A stretch of DNA of 64,000 bases from Terriglobia bacterium (GCA_963666975.2 CAXVYR010000004.1:736001-800000), one strand, 5' to 3'; shown: positions 29,392-41,684, numbered from the stretch's first letter. Translations and numbers: made by a program. The notes: a model not told the origin generated them from the letters alone.

Positions 29392-32362
29392 GAGGGTGTC
29401 CCATACATGTACGTCGTCAGATAATGTTGGACACAGAGCATAAAAAGATAAGGTGGCGTTCAGGCTCCTCTGGGTTGATGTTAGGCTGCCCTTCTTTTGA
29501 AGTGCAACCGTTTTCTTAAGATCATAGTTTTCTCTTTGATGCGATCCCGTTTTTGCAGGATGGCACTGCCTTGGCCTGTAAAAACGTCATACGGTGTCAG
29601 GTTGTTCAGGCTTTCATGGTATCGGTTGGTGTTGTAGTGGTTGACGAAGGCATCGATCTGCCGCTCCAGCTCTTCTGGCAGGTAATAGTTGTTGAGCAGG
29701 ATGCGGTCTTTCAGAGTTCGGTGCCAGCGTTCGATCTTGCCCTGCGTCATGGGGTGATAGGGCTTGCCGCGAGTATGCGGCACGCTGTTTTCTGCCAGCC
29801 ATGATTGCAGTTCGGAAGAGACGTAGCACGGCCCGTTGTCGCTCAGGAGGCGAGGTCTGTGCCGGGCGCCCACGCGGTCGAGGCCGGTGGCTTGCAAAGC
29901 ATCCCGCAACGTGGCCGAGACGTCACTTGCGCTCATGGTTTTGCACAGCCGCCAGGCGATGATATAGCGCGAGAAGTCGTCCAGCACCGTGGACAGGTAG
30001 AACCAGCCCCAACCGATGACTTTCAGGTAGGTGAAGTCGGTCTGCCAGAGCTGGTTGACCGCCGTGGTCGGGTTGGCGAACCGTTCCGCCGCTTTCAGGA
30101 CAATAAAGGCTGGCGCGGTAATCAGGTCATGGCTTTTCAGGACGCGGTAAACCGTCGATTCAGAAAGGTAATACCGCCTTTCCTCGGTAAAACGCACCGC
30201 CAGCTCGCGTGACGACAGATCGGGCTCGGCCAGGGCTAACGTCACCAACTGCTGAGTTATCTCCTCCGGCACCTTGTTCCAGACAGGGCCAGGATCGGGT
30301 TTTTTGTCTTCCAGCCCATCAAAGCCTTCCGACACATAGCGGTCGTACCAGTTGTAAAACGTCGATCTGGGAATGCCAACCTGCTGCAGCGTCCGGCGCA
30401 CCCCCAGGGCAGATTGCTCCACCGTGCAGATGATCTCCAGCTTCTCCGAGGCAGGGTATCTCATGTATGTTCCTCCCCATCCCCGATCACGCTTTTTTTT
30501 AGCAGGCGATTTTCCAGCATAGCCTCGGCCAGGGCCTCTTTCAGCTGTACGGCCTGCTCCCGCAGAGTCTTGACTTCGCCACTGGTTGCCTCACGGTCTA
30601 TGTCGCCCGCCAGCCGCTTGCGGCCAGCCTCCAGAAACTCCTTGCTCCAGCGGTAATACTGGTTCTGGTGCAGCCCCTCGCGGCGGCACAGCTCCGCGAT
30701 GCTGTCCTCGCCGCGAAGTCCCTGCAATACAATGCGGATTTTGTCTTCCGGGCTGAACCTGCGCCGCGTCCTGCGTTTGATCTCCCGGACGGCCTTCTCG
30801 ACCGCCCCCCTGTCGTCTTGTTTTTGTCTCATCTTCGTTCCTTTCAGTCTCTACGATGAGCCAAAAACATCACCTTAACTATTACCCTCTACCTGTCCAA
30901 CAAGCCCTGACGGGGCACAGTCCCATACATAGTTGAAGGTTGAACGGCGGTTCGGCCCGAATCGAATAGAATCGGGCCAAGCCTAAATCCTATAGAAGGA
31001 GAACCGCCGAATGAAGGGAAAATATCACGTTTTGGAACTGGGTTCCAAGGGAGCCGAAGAAACCATCCAGAAGTTTTGCCAAACCAACGGACAGATGCTG
31101 TTGCCGGTGGTGGATCTGATCACGGAGGCGCGTCTGGCGGTGGATGAGGTGATTGATCGGGCCGGGCGAGGTTTGATTGAAACGATTCTGAGCATGAGCG
31201 CAGAGCAAATCGCGGGGCCAAAGAGTCCCGGGAAGGCGAGCGGAGAGGTGCGCTGGCATGGCCGGCAATTGGGGAGGGTGAAACTGGCCGATCGCCAGCT
31301 GCGGGTGGAGCGGCCCCGGCTGCGCCGGAAGGGCGGAGGGGAAGAAGCGGTGCCGGCCTACGAAGCACTGCGGAAAAGCGAGAAGACGGGCGAGGAGATG
31401 TTCGAGGCACTGTTGAAAGGGGTTTCGACGCGGAACTACCGCGAGGTGATCCCGGAGATGGCCAACAGCGCTGGGGTGTCGAAGTCTCAGGTGAGCCGGG
31501 AAGCGGCCGAGCAAGGAGCGCGGCGGCTGGAAGAACTGTTGGCGCGGCGCTGGGAGGAGGTCGAGATTCTGGTGATTTACCTGGACGGAATGCGGTTCGG
31601 CTCCCACCACGTCATCAGCGCCGTGGGCGTGGACAGCGAGGGCCGCAAGCATGTGCTGGGGATTCAACTGGGCGCGACCGAAAACGCCGCTGCGGTGAAA
31701 GACCTTCTCACCCGCCTGCGCCAGCAAGGTTTGCGCACGGATCAGCGCTATCTGTTTGTGATCGACGGCGCCAAAGCGCTCCGCGCGGGGATCGAGGAAG
31801 TATTCGGCAGCAATCAGCTGGTGCAGCGTTGCCGTACTCATAAGCTGCGCAACGTGGCTGAGCGGTTACCAAAGGGCGACAAAATGCTGGCGAATCAGGT
31901 GCGGTCGCTGATGCGCGCCGCCTGGCGATTGCCCCAAGCCGAGGAAGGCATCGTGCGCATAAAAAAGCTCGCTGGGATGATCGAGTGCGATCATCCGGCA
32001 GCAGCCGCCAGCTTGCGCGAAGGGTTGGAGGAGACCTTTACGATCAATCGAGCCGACGTTCCTCCCAGCCTCCACCGCTGCCTGGCAACCACGAACCTCA
32101 TCGAGAGCCCGCAGTCGGGCGTGCGGAAAAAGACTGGCAATGTTTGCCGCTGGCGCGACGGCGAGATGACGTTGCGCTGGGTGGCAGGAGCGTTTCTGCT
32201 GACCGAGAAGAATTTCCGGAAGATCATGGGTTATCACGATCTCTGGGCTTTGGCATCGATTCTCGGCCGAAGTCCAAACGCTGCTTCCTCTCACAAGGAG
32301 AAAGTGGCGTAATATGAACTCAACCCGCCGTCCCAACCTGCAACTGAGTTTGGGACACCTTC
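29392..32362 (+). mobile_element. IS256-family copy 2 (transposase 31011-32312), left IR interrupted by IS3 copy D
   Basis: 8-bp TSD atccggga at 29384-29391 and 32363-32370. Confidence 0.95.
29408..30919 (-). mobile_element. Complete IS3-family copy D, 1512 bp (orfA 30461-30832, orfB 29481-30464)
   Basis: Imperfect ~26-bp IRs; flanked by the 10-bp direct repeat gtcccataca. Confidence 0.96.
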
Positions 32363-33307
32363 ATCCGGGATCGCGAATGTTCTCAAGGGTGGTTGCTCCT
32401 GAAAGAATCAACTCATCCGCAAGAGCAAAAGCCCGCTCGTAAAGGAGGTCTCCCGTCAGACCGTGCAGCTCGGCCAGACGCAAGCCCGCTTTTGCCGCAG
32501 CCAAATGGCCTTGGTAGCTCACCGACTCTCTCGGAATGCACAGATTGTACCTTAACCGATCTTCTACCTGCTGGGCCGTCTCATTCTTTCGCTTGGCGGA
32601 TAGGCAATCTCCAAATGCATCCCAAATCTCCCAGCCAACTCCAAAGTTCCACAGATAGTCGCTGCCTTGGCCAGCAAAATTGCCAAGAAGACGATAGAAT
32701 TCCGCCGGATCCTTGCCAAAAAATCCAGTTTCGTGTGTCCAGGCAACGCGCTGCGGCAGGGTACCCTTCCGGTCCATCATGTTGAAAGCATTGAAGACTT
32801 CCACGTTCATTTCACCGTGCGTCGCAACCGTAGTAACACCATACTCGACAAATTCCCTCATTTCACGGCTTATCAGGTCGGCCGCCTTTTCAGTCTGCCC
32901 AGCCAGAATAATGCCGTAAGTGGTATCGTATTCCACTCGTACGCTCGTCTGCTCATAACCCAGCTTCTCCACCATGATTTCTTTCGCTTTGGTGTTGCCG
33001 AAAGCCCGGCAACACCCCGATATCACGACGACTGGTGTGTCGGGCGCGATCTCGTCCATGATGCCGCGGGTGATACCGCCAGAAGCTGGTGTGTAGTCTT
33101 CGTTGACGGGGAGCAGTTGGGTTTCGAACTTGTGAGGGACAACTGTGTAGATCCACTTGTCCTCTCCTACTTGCTGTATGCGCGCTTTCAATGCCGACGC
33201 ATAGTTTTCCATTACTTCCTCTGGAGTCTCGCCGTCCACGTACACAGGCTCCAACTGTGGGTCAATGTCTCCCCCATGATGCCACAGTGCCCACATCTGC
33301 GGATGAG

Positions 33308-34777
33308 GAGGGTGTCCCATACATAGTTGAAGGTTGAACGGCGGTTCGGCCCGAATCGAATAGAATCGGGCCAAGCCTAAATCCTATAGAAGGAGAACCG
33401 CCGAATGAAGGGAAAATATCACGTTTTGGAACTGGGTTCCAAGGGAGCCGAAGAAACCATCCAGAAGTTTTGCCAAACCAACGGACAGATGCTGTTGCCG
33501 GTGGTGGATCTGATCACGGAGGCGCGTCTGGCGGTGGATGAGGTGATTGATCGGGCCGGGCGAGGTTTGATTGAAACGATTCTGAGCATGAGCGCAGAGC
33601 AAATCGCGGGGCCAAAGAGTCCCGGGAAGGCGAGCGGAGAGGTGCGCTGGCATGGCCGGCAATTGGGGAGGGTGAAACTGGCCGATCGCCAGCTGCGGGT
33701 GGAGCGGCCCCGGCTGCGCCGGAAGGGCGGAGGGGAAGAAGCGGTGCCGGCCTACGAAGCACTGCGGAAAAGCGAGAAGACGGGCGAGGAGATGTTCGAG
33801 GCACTGTTGAAAGGGGTTTCGACGCGGAACTACCGCGAGGTGATCCCGGAGATGGCCAACAGCGCTGGGGTGTCGAAGTCTCAGGTGAGCCGGGAAGCGG
33901 CCGAGCAAGGAGCGCGGCGGCTGGAAGAACTGTTGGCGCGGCGCTGGGAGGAGGTCGAGATTCTGGTGATTTACCTGGACGGAATGCGGTTCGGCTCCCA
34001 CCACGTCATCAGCGCCGTGGGCGTGGACATCGAGGGCCGCAAGCATGTGCTGGGGATTCAACTGGGCGCGACCGAAAACGCCGCTGCGGTGAAAGACCTT
34101 CTCACCCGCCTGCGCCAGCAAGGTTTGCGCACGGATCAGCGCTATCTGTTTGTGATCGACGGCGCCAAAGCGCTCCGCGCGGGGATCGAGGAAGTATTCG
34201 GCAGCAATCAGCTGGTGCAGCGTTGCCGTACTCATAAGCTGCGCAACGTGGCTGAGCGGTTACCAAAGGGCGACAAAATGCTGGCGAATCAGGTGCGGTC
34301 GCTGATGCGCGCCGCCTGGCGATTGCCCCAAGCCGAGGAAGGCATCGTGCGCATAAAAAAGCTCGCTGGGATGATCGAGTGCGATCATCCGGCAGCAGCC
34401 GCCAGCTTTGCGCGAAGGGTTGGAGGAGACCTTTACGATCAATCGAGCCGACGTTCCTCCCAGCCTCCACCGCTGCCTGGCAACCACGAACCTCATCGAG
34501 AGCCCGCAGTCGGGCGTGCGGAAAAAGACTGGCAATGTTTGCCGCTGGCGCGACGGCGAGATGACGTTGCGCTGGGTGGCAGGAGCGTTTCTGCTGACCG
34601 AGAAGAATTTCCGGAAGATCATGGGTTATCACGATCTCTGGGCTTTGGCATCGATTCTCGGCCGAAGTCCAAACGCTGCTTCCTCTCACAAGGAGGAAGT
34701 GGCGTAATATGAACTCAACCCGCCGTCCCAACCTGCAACTGAGTTTGGGACACCTTCTGCGAGTTTGGGACACCTTC
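33308..34777 (+). mobile_element. IS256-family copy 3; transposase frameshifted at ~34408; right IR duplicated
   Basis: TSD cggatgag; extra T in cagctttgcg; gagtttgggacaccttc occurs twice (34741, 34761). Confidence 0.95.
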
Positions 34778-35487
34778 CGGATGAGTATGCACATCGATAA
34801 GACCGGGTGTCACAGTTCGGCCCCTCAGGTCAATCGATTGAGTTTGCGGTCCGGCCAGTTCTTTGATCTCTTGGTCAGTCCCTAACCTCCAAATTTTGTC
34901 ATCTCGAATAGCCATAGCCTGGTGAAAGGTCAGGTTCTGGTCCATCGTCGAAATCTTTCCGTTGTACACAATCAAGGTGGGGTAAACCGCTAATTTCTCT
35001 AAGGCGGCCCTAGGTTGGGTTTGAGCTTGAACTTTTCCTGATGCTAGCAAAAATACTGTAAAGATCGCCAATGATGTCAAAGTGATGGTCGACACGCCTT
35101 CTTTCCTCATAACTCCACCTCTAACCTTCCTTAAGTCATTAAATTGAACTTCCAAAAGATCCTAACTTTTGAGCTACGTACCCACTTGCCCTCAGGGTCT
35201 CATGGAAATGATGCCCGTCAACAACCAGCCAGCCGCCTTTTTTTATTGCAAGAAACACATAACCTGTTGTTACCACAAGTTGCACTACTAGAGCCGTTCC
35301 CGTAAAGGTATAGGGCGAGTCCGGCCCTCGGCAACCTGAATCCCATTTCGCGTTCGCTCCCATGCGGTCCGGGGCTCAGATACACTCTATAACCACTAGG
35401 CTAATGGGACCAAACGGTTTTTGGCTCCATGGACCAAATTTCAAACGCAGGACGCGGCGCGTTCGACTCCGCATTGTATGCAGGGAC

Positions 35488-37052
35488 GAGGGTGTCCCAT
35501 ACATAGTTGAAGGTTGAACGGCGGTTCGGCCCGAATCGAATAGAATCGGGCCAAGCCTAAATCCTATAGAAGGAGAACCGCCGAATGAAGGGAAAATATC
35601 ACGTTTTGGAACTGGGTTCCAAGGGAGCCGAAGAAACCATCCAGAAGTTTTGCCAAACCAACGGACAGATGCTGTTGCCGGTGGTGGATCTGATCACGGA
35701 GGCGCGTCTGGCGGTGGATGAGGTGATTGATCGGGCCGGGCGAGGTTTGATTGAAACGATTCTGAGCATGAGCGCAGAGCAAATCGCGGGGCCAAAGAGT
35801 CCCGGGAAGGCGAGCGGAGAGGTGCGCTGGCATGGCCGGCAATTGGGGAGGGTGAAACTGGCCGATCGCCAGCTGCGGGTGGAGCGGCCCCGGCTGCGCC
35901 GGAAGGGCGGAGGGGAAGAAGCGGTGCCGGCCTACGAAGCACTGCGGAAAAGCGAGAAGACGGGCGAGGAGATGTTCGAGGCACTGTTGAAAGGGGTTTC
36001 GACGCGGAACTACCGCGAGGTGATCCCGGAGATGGCCAACAGCGCTGGGGTGTCGAAGTCTCAGGTGAGCCGGGAAGCGGCCGAGCAAGGAGCGCGGCGG
36101 CTGGAAGAACTGTTGGCGCGGCGCTGGGAGGAGGTCGAGATTCTGGTGATTTACCTGGACGGAATGCGGTTCGGCTCCCACCACGTCATCAGCGCCGTGG
36201 GCGTGGACATCGAGGGCCGCAAGCATGTGCTGGGGATTCAACTGGGCGCGACCGAAAACGCCGCTGCGGTGAAAGACCTTCTCACCCGCCTGCGCCAGCA
36301 AGGTTTGCGCACGGATCAGCGCTATCTGTTTGTGATCGACGGCGCCAAAGCGCTCCGCGCGGGGATCGAGGAAGTATTCGGCAGCAATCAGCTGGTGCAG
36401 CGTTGCCGTACTCATAAGCTGCGCAACGTGGCTGAGCGGTTACCAAAGGGCGACAAAATGCTGGCGAATCAGGTGCGGTCGCTGATGCGCGCCGCCTGGC
36501 GATTGCCCCAAGCCGAGGAAGGCATCGTGCGCATAAAAAAGCTCGCTGGGATGATCGAGTGCGATCATCCGGCAGCAGCCGCGAGGAAGTATTGGCAGCA
36601 ATCAGCTTGCGCGAAGGGTTGCCCCAAGCCGAGGAAGGCATCGTGCGCATAAAAAAGCTCGCTGGGATGATCGAGTGCGATCATCCGGCAGCAGCCGCCA
36701 GCTTGCGCGAAGGGTTGGAGGAGACCTTTACGATCAATCGAGCCGACGTTCCTCCCAGCCTCCACCGCTGCCTGGCAACCACGAACCTCATCGAGAGCCC
36801 GCAGTCGGGCGTGCGGAAAAAGACTGGCAATGTTTGCCGCTGGCGCGACGGCGAGATGACGTTGCGCTGGGTGGCAGGAGCGTTTCTGCTGACCGAGAAG
36901 AATTTCCGGAAGATCATGGGTTATCACGATCTCTGGGCTTTGGCATCGATTCTCGGCCGAAGTCCAAACGCTGCTTCCTCTCACAAGGAGAAAGTGGCGT
37001 AATATGAACTCAACCCGCCGTCCCAACCTGCAACTGAGTTTGGGACACCTTC
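35488..37052 (+). mobile_element. IS256-family copy 4 with internal duplication, no TSD
   Basis: Both IRs present; rearranged segment 36580-36700; flanks gcagggac and tcttttta do not match. Confidence 0.93.
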
Positions 37053-37093
37053 TCTTTTTATGCTCTGTGTCCAACATTATCTGACGACGTACA
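37053..37093 (+). mobile_element. Last 41 bp of an IS3-family copy
   Basis: tctttttatgctctgtgtccaacattatctgacgacgtaca is identical to 1273-1313. Confidence 0.9.
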
Positions 37094-37380
37094 ATAGGTG
37101 ACGATGTGAACGAAGCTGCCACCGGACCGTCCAGGCTCTCTTCATGCGATCCGTGAGGCGTACAAAACGTCTTTCGGTCCACGAGTCTCGGGACCTACCA
37201 TCAATAATCAACCCAGAGTAATAGCACTAAGGCTCGTTTCCCATCTACACAGTTCGTTGAAAAATGGTTTCGAAAGGGCTCACAAGACACTGTCAATTCT
37301 TGCACGTTGTTGATTCTTTGTTCAACGGACACCGGGAAACACTGATTTCGAGCCATTCCAAATAGTTTTCCAACAAACTC

Positions 37381-39216
37381 CTAGAAGATCGGAGAGCGGT
37401 AAACTACCCGACCGTCCACTGCGGTTAGTAGGGTGTTGATATTGACGATTTCTCTTTCCGGAATCGAAAAATAATCCTTATCAATAACGATAAAATCAGC
37501 CAATTTCCCTGGCTCGAGAGAACCCAGCCGGTCGCCGCGAAGAAGGAATTCTGCGGGCCAATTCGTCCAAGCCCGCAAAGCTGTAATGCGGTCGATTCTT
37601 TCTTCCGGACTGTAAACTCTTCCATTGATCTCTCGGGTCACCCAGGTACCCACCCAAGGCCAAACAGAGTTCCGGTAACTTCGCGGCCAGTTATTGGACC
37701 ACAAAGATTCACCTATAAATACTTCTTCGGTGTCGGCATCGGGTGCCAGGCCTATGTGGGCATCTGATGATAAGAAGATGCGTGCGCCGGCGTCCAAGAA
37801 ACTTTTAACCGGCATTACCCATTTTAAGTATTGCTCTCCATAATCTTCAATGACCCCGGGTGCCGTACTCGCAAGCTGGGTGGCTTGAAAATTCATCCAG
37901 AAGCCATAATGAGCAAAAATTGGAATTTGATCTGGCCTGATGATATTGGCGTGATCGAAGCCCATCTTCAGATCTCGAATCTGCTCCAAGGTCGTGCTTT
38001 TGTTTCTGATCGCCGTTTCCATGATTCGAAAAGCGGCGTCCAAAGCCCGGTCGGTCATCGCATGAACATTGGCCAGCCTCAAGCCGGTCTCCACCGCCGC
38101 TAAATGCCCCTGATAATATTTGGACTGCGGCAAAATCCCCTGGCAGGCACCCTGAATACGTTTTCGGTCTCGTTCTTGGAGTTCAGGAGTCTTGGCAGGT
38201 GCTGTAGGCGGACATCCGGTGCTGGCCCAGCCCTCATACCCGACGCCGAAATTCCATAGATAATCACTGCCCTGACCGAGAAAGTTGCCGAGCAGTTTGT
38301 AATACTCGGCTGGATCTTTCCCCAAAAATCCACTTTGGTGGTTCCACGCCCAACGCACGGGCATTCTTCCTTGCCGGTCCAAGAGGTTTAACGCATTGTA
38401 GATTCCCACATTCTCTTCGCTGTGGCTAGCTATCGTAGTAACTCCAAAGGATGCCGTTTCTTTCAATTCGTGCAATAACATGTCACCAATTTTCTGCGGA
38501 TCTGCCCCCAGAATAATGCCGTAAACAGTGTCGTACCAGATCCGAAGTCCTGTCTGCTCATATCCCAATTTGTCGAGCATGATCTGTTTAGCTTTGGAAT
38601 TTGCATACCCGGTGAAAAAGCCTGCCGTCAGTGCCACCGGGGTGTCGGGAGCTATTCGGTCCAGATCCGCGCGTGCAAGCCCTTCCGGCGATTCAACCAA
38701 AAGCTCGTCCATTTCGTGAGGGATAGCAACCATAATCCACTTTTCTGGACCGTTCTGTTGGATTCGGCGTCGAATTGCCGGTCCCAATTTCTCTGCCACC
38801 TCAGCGATCGTCTTGCCGGGAATATAGAGCGGGATGAGACTTTCATCATATTGGCCTCCCCATTGCCACAGACCCCATAAGTGAGGGTGTGAATGGGCGT
38901 CGATCATCCCTGGGAGCACCGTTCTTCCTCTCGCGTTGATCAATTCTGTTTGTGGTCCGGCCAGTTCTTTGATTTCCTGATCGGTGCCCAGCTTCCAGAT
39001 CTTATTACCCCGGACGGCCATCGCCTGATGATTGGCTAGATTCTGATCCATAGTGGCAATCTTTCCGTTATGCACAATCAAGGTGGGATAGACCGCCAAC
39101 TTCTCCAAGGTAGCCATAGATGGGGTTTGAGCTTGAACTTTTGCCGGTGCCAGCAGAAAAATCATGACAATTGCCAGCCAGGTCGAAGCAGTTGATAAAG
39201 TTCCTTCTTTTTTCAT
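37381..39216 (-). CDS. Secreted amidohydrolase paralog 4
   Basis: Signal peptide; DAHSHP, VHAMTD, FDH, SSD, GSLEPGKLADF. Confidence 0.93.
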   Translation of the reverse strand: MKKEGTLSTASTWLAIVMIFLLAPAKVQAQTPSMATLEKLAVYPTLIVHNGKIATMDQNLANHQAMAVRGNKIWKLGTDQEIKELAGPQTELINARGRTVLPGMIDAHSHPHLWGLWQWGGQYDESLIPLYIPGKTIAEVAEKLGPAIRRRIQQNGPEKWIMVAIPHEMDELLVESPEGLARADLDRIAPDTPVALTAGFFTGYANSKAKQIMLDKLGYEQTGLRIWYDTVYGIILGADPQKIGDMLLHELKETASFGVTTIASHSEENVGIYNALNLLDRQGRMPVRWAWNHQSGFLGKDPAEYYKLLGNFLGQGSDYLWNFGVGYEGWASTGCPPTAPAKTPELQERDRKRIQGACQGILPQSKYYQGHLAAVETGLRLANVHAMTDRALDAAFRIMETAIRNKSTTLEQIRDLKMGFDHANIIRPDQIPIFAHYGFWMNFQATQLASTAPGVIEDYGEQYLKWVMPVKSFLDAGARIFLSSDAHIGLAPDADTEEVFIGESLWSNNWPRSYRNSVWPWVGTWVTREINGRVYSPEERIDRITALRAWTNWPAEFLLRGDRLGSLEPGKLADFIVIDKDYFSIPEREIVNINTLLTAVDGRVVYRSPIF

Positions 39217-39284
39217 AATTCACCTTCCTACGCAATGTGATTTCATTCAATTGCTCTACAGATAAACCAAATCTGTGGAGAAAA

Positions 39285-39712
39285 TTAATAATCGGAATCT
39301 TTGAAGACTACCCTCCCCCCAATTACTGTCATCAGTGTCTTGATATTGAGAATTTCCCCTTCAGGGATCGTGAAGTAATCCTTGTCGATGACCACAAAAT
39401 CGGCGAGCTTGCCCGGTTCCAATGATCCAAGTAGATCCCAACGCAGCAGGTACTGTGCGCCTCCGTTTGTCCAGCCTCGCAGGGCAGTAATCCGGTCGAT
39501 TCTTTCCTCCGGTACCCATACCTGTCCGTCAAGTTCCCGCGTCACTCACCAGCCCACCCACGGCCAACAGAGTCCCAGTAGGGAAACCCCGCAGCCCAGT
39601 CTTTCGCAAATCGATCCACTTTGTCCGGAAGAGGGCCGACGTGAGTATAGGTTCCAAAAACCACCCGCGCGCCCGCGTCGATCAGACTCTTAAGCGGTGC
39701 CCTCCACTCCAA
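39285..39712 (-). pseudogene. Amidohydrolase C-terminal fragment with indels
   Basis: PLKSLIDAGARVVFGT...WPWVGW*VTRELDG...GSLEPGKLADF; no N-terminal part. Confidence 0.85.
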
Positions 39713-39782
39713 CATGGTTCTGGTCCTAATATATTCTCAGCAGTTGTACATCCAACTGGGCACGCTGATCCTGCAATGAGGA

Positions 39783-41684
39783 TCAGAAGTTCGGAGCTTG
39801 GTAGGCGATCTTGCCTCCTAATACAGTCATCAGAGTCTTAATATTCATTAATTCCGGCTCGGGAATCGTGAAGTAATCTTTGTCGATGACCACAAAATCG
39901 GCCAACTTCCCCGGCTCTAATGAGCCCAGACGGTCTTCCCGCAGCAGGATCTCCGCCGACCAGGTCGTCATCCCTCGGAGCGCGGAAATGCGGTCAATCC
40001 TTTGCTCGGGACCCAAACGGACCTTCTCGGTCCGACGCCCACTGCCGAATTCCCCTAGGGCTATTTCGGTTTCTTCCTGAACCCAAACTCCGATCCACGG
40101 CCAGATGGAGTCTCGGTAAGGGAACGAGGCCGATAGGCTGTTGAGGAAATTTTCTTGATTATCGCTAAGTCTGGAGATGCCCACATCGGTCCCAATGTTA
40201 AAGTGGATCCCAGCATCCACAAGGCTCTTCAGCGGGGTGACCCAAGACGAATATCCCGGCTTATAGAAATTTTGAGCGTTGTATAACCCTAGGGCCAGTC
40301 GACTTCCCTGAAAATCGAAGACAAACCCATACTTCTTCATCAAAGGGATCTGCTCGGGACGAATCAAGGGAGCATGGTCGAATAACCATTTCTGTTCTCG
40401 GATATCCTCCAAGGTGCGGCTTCCATCCTGGATAGCTTCTTCGGCCAAGGCAAAGGCCCTATCCATGACTTTGTCACCGGTCAGCGCATGTAAACCAAAC
40501 AACCTCAGGCCAACTTTTGCGGCTGCCAGATGCCCTTGGTAGTGCATCAAGTCGCTAGGTATACAATCCGGAAAGGGACCCCAGCTTCGTTGAATCTGGT
40601 TTTGAAGCTCCTCCGTTTTGGCTATATCCGATAAGCAGTTTCCCGCGGAATCATTGTCCCAGGCCTCATAACCCACGCCCACATTCCACAAGAAATCGCT
40701 GCCCTGACCGAGGAAATTCCCCAGCAGCCGGTAATACTCCACTGGGTCCTTTGACCCATAGAAACCGCTTTCATGGGACCAGGCAACCCTTTGCGGCATT
40801 TTGCCTTGCCGATCCATCATATTCCAGGCTTTGAAGACCTCTGTGTTGACTTCTCCATGAGTGCCCACCGTGGTCACGCCGTAGTTCACAAAGTCTTGCA
40901 TCTCCCGGCTCACCAAATCCGCCGCCTCTGCTGTGTTAAGAATGACGCCCCATACCAAATCATAAGGAATCCGAACCGAACTGTTAGGCTCATAGCCAAG
41001 TTTCTCGACCATCAACTGCCGGGCCTTGTTATTGGCAAAACTCCTGCAGCAGCCGCTGATGATCACAACCGGCGTGTCAGGGGCAATTCTATCCAAATCG
41101 GCCTTACGGATCCTGGCTGGATCGACCCCAGGATATGATCGCCCATCCTGAAAGAAGGTCTGCATCTCCCCACTCATTCGGAAAGGAATACTGGCAATCA
41201 CCCATTGGTCCTTCCCTTGTTTTTGGATACGTTGTTGAATGACCAGCTCCAGATTCCTCCGAACCTCCTCAAGATCCTTCCCATGGGCATAAGCCGGCTC
41301 TAGTTGAGGGAGCACTTGGCCGCCATAATGCCACCAACCCCATAGATGCGGGTGCGTATGCGCATCAATCAGGCCCGGCACTACCGTCCTCCCCTTTAGG
41401 TCAATCATCTGGGTCTGCGGTCCCGCCAATTCCCGAATCTCGCGGTTCGTGCCCAACGTCCAAATCTGGTCACCTCGGATCGCCATGGCCTGGTAATTCG
41501 TCAAATTATTGTCCATCGTGGCGATCTTTCCGTTGTGCACAATTAGAGTGGGATAAACCGCCACCTTCTCCAGTACGGACATCTCACGGGATTGAGCCCG
41601 GGAAACCGGAACCGCACCCACCCACGTTAAGAAGGAAAAGAGAATCAATAGATATAATGTTCCTTTCGTTCCGCATGTCCTCAT
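39783..41684 (-). CDS. Secreted amidohydrolase paralog 5
   Basis: DAHTHP, SGCC, LHALTGD, FDH, GTD motifs. Confidence 0.93.
   Translation of the reverse strand: MRTCGTKGTLYLLILFSFLTWVGAVPVSRAQSREMSVLEKVAVYPTLIVHNGKIATMDNNLTNYQAMAIRGDQIWTLGTNREIRELAGPQTQMIDLKGRTVVPGLIDAHTHPHLWGWWHYGGQVLPQLEPAYAHGKDLEEVRRNLELVIQQRIQKQGKDQWVIASIPFRMSGEMQTFFQDGRSYPGVDPARIRKADLDRIAPDTPVVIISGCCRSFANNKARQLMVEKLGYEPNSSVRIPYDLVWGVILNTAEAADLVSREMQDFVNYGVTTVGTHGEVNTEVFKAWNMMDRQGKMPQRVAWSHESGFYGSKDPVEYYRLLGNFLGQGSDFLWNVGVGYEAWDNDSAGNCLSDIAKTEELQNQIQRSWGPFPDCIPSDLMHYQGHLAAAKVGLRLFGLHALTGDKVMDRAFALAEEAIQDGSRTLEDIREQKWLFDHAPLIRPEQIPLMKKYGFVFDFQGSRLALGLYNAQNFYKPGYSSWVTPLKSLVDAGIHFNIGTDVGISRLSDNQENFLNSLSASFPYRDSIWPWIGVWVQEETEIALGEFGSGRRTEKVRLGPEQRIDRISALRGMTTWSAEILLREDRLGSLEPGKLADFVVIDKDYFTIPEPELMNIKTLMTVLGGKIAYQAPNF

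Larger units (their letters stand above)
27346..35110 (-). pseudogene. Secreted amidohydrolase paralog 3, split by three IS256 and one nested IS3
   Basis: Segments 35110-34778, 33307-32363, 29391-29226 and 27776-27346 rejoin, after removing the 8-bp duplications, into a gene similar to 47607-49454. Confidence 0.92.

Noticed and set aside
27777-33374. IS256 left end supplies an in-frame N-terminus (MARFYSIRAEPP...) to two amidohydrolase fragments
   Set aside because: In frame at only 2 of 3 sites, which is compatible with chance; the fragments lack the signal peptide and part of the metal site.
35455-35475. gttcgactcc T-loop-like motif
   Set aside because: No cloverleaf or CCA context.
27853-36415. 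Repeated 283-aa minus-strand ORFs and other ORFs antisense to transposases
   Set aside because: Shadow frames of GC-rich IS256/IS3 genes; they recur only because the IS recurs.
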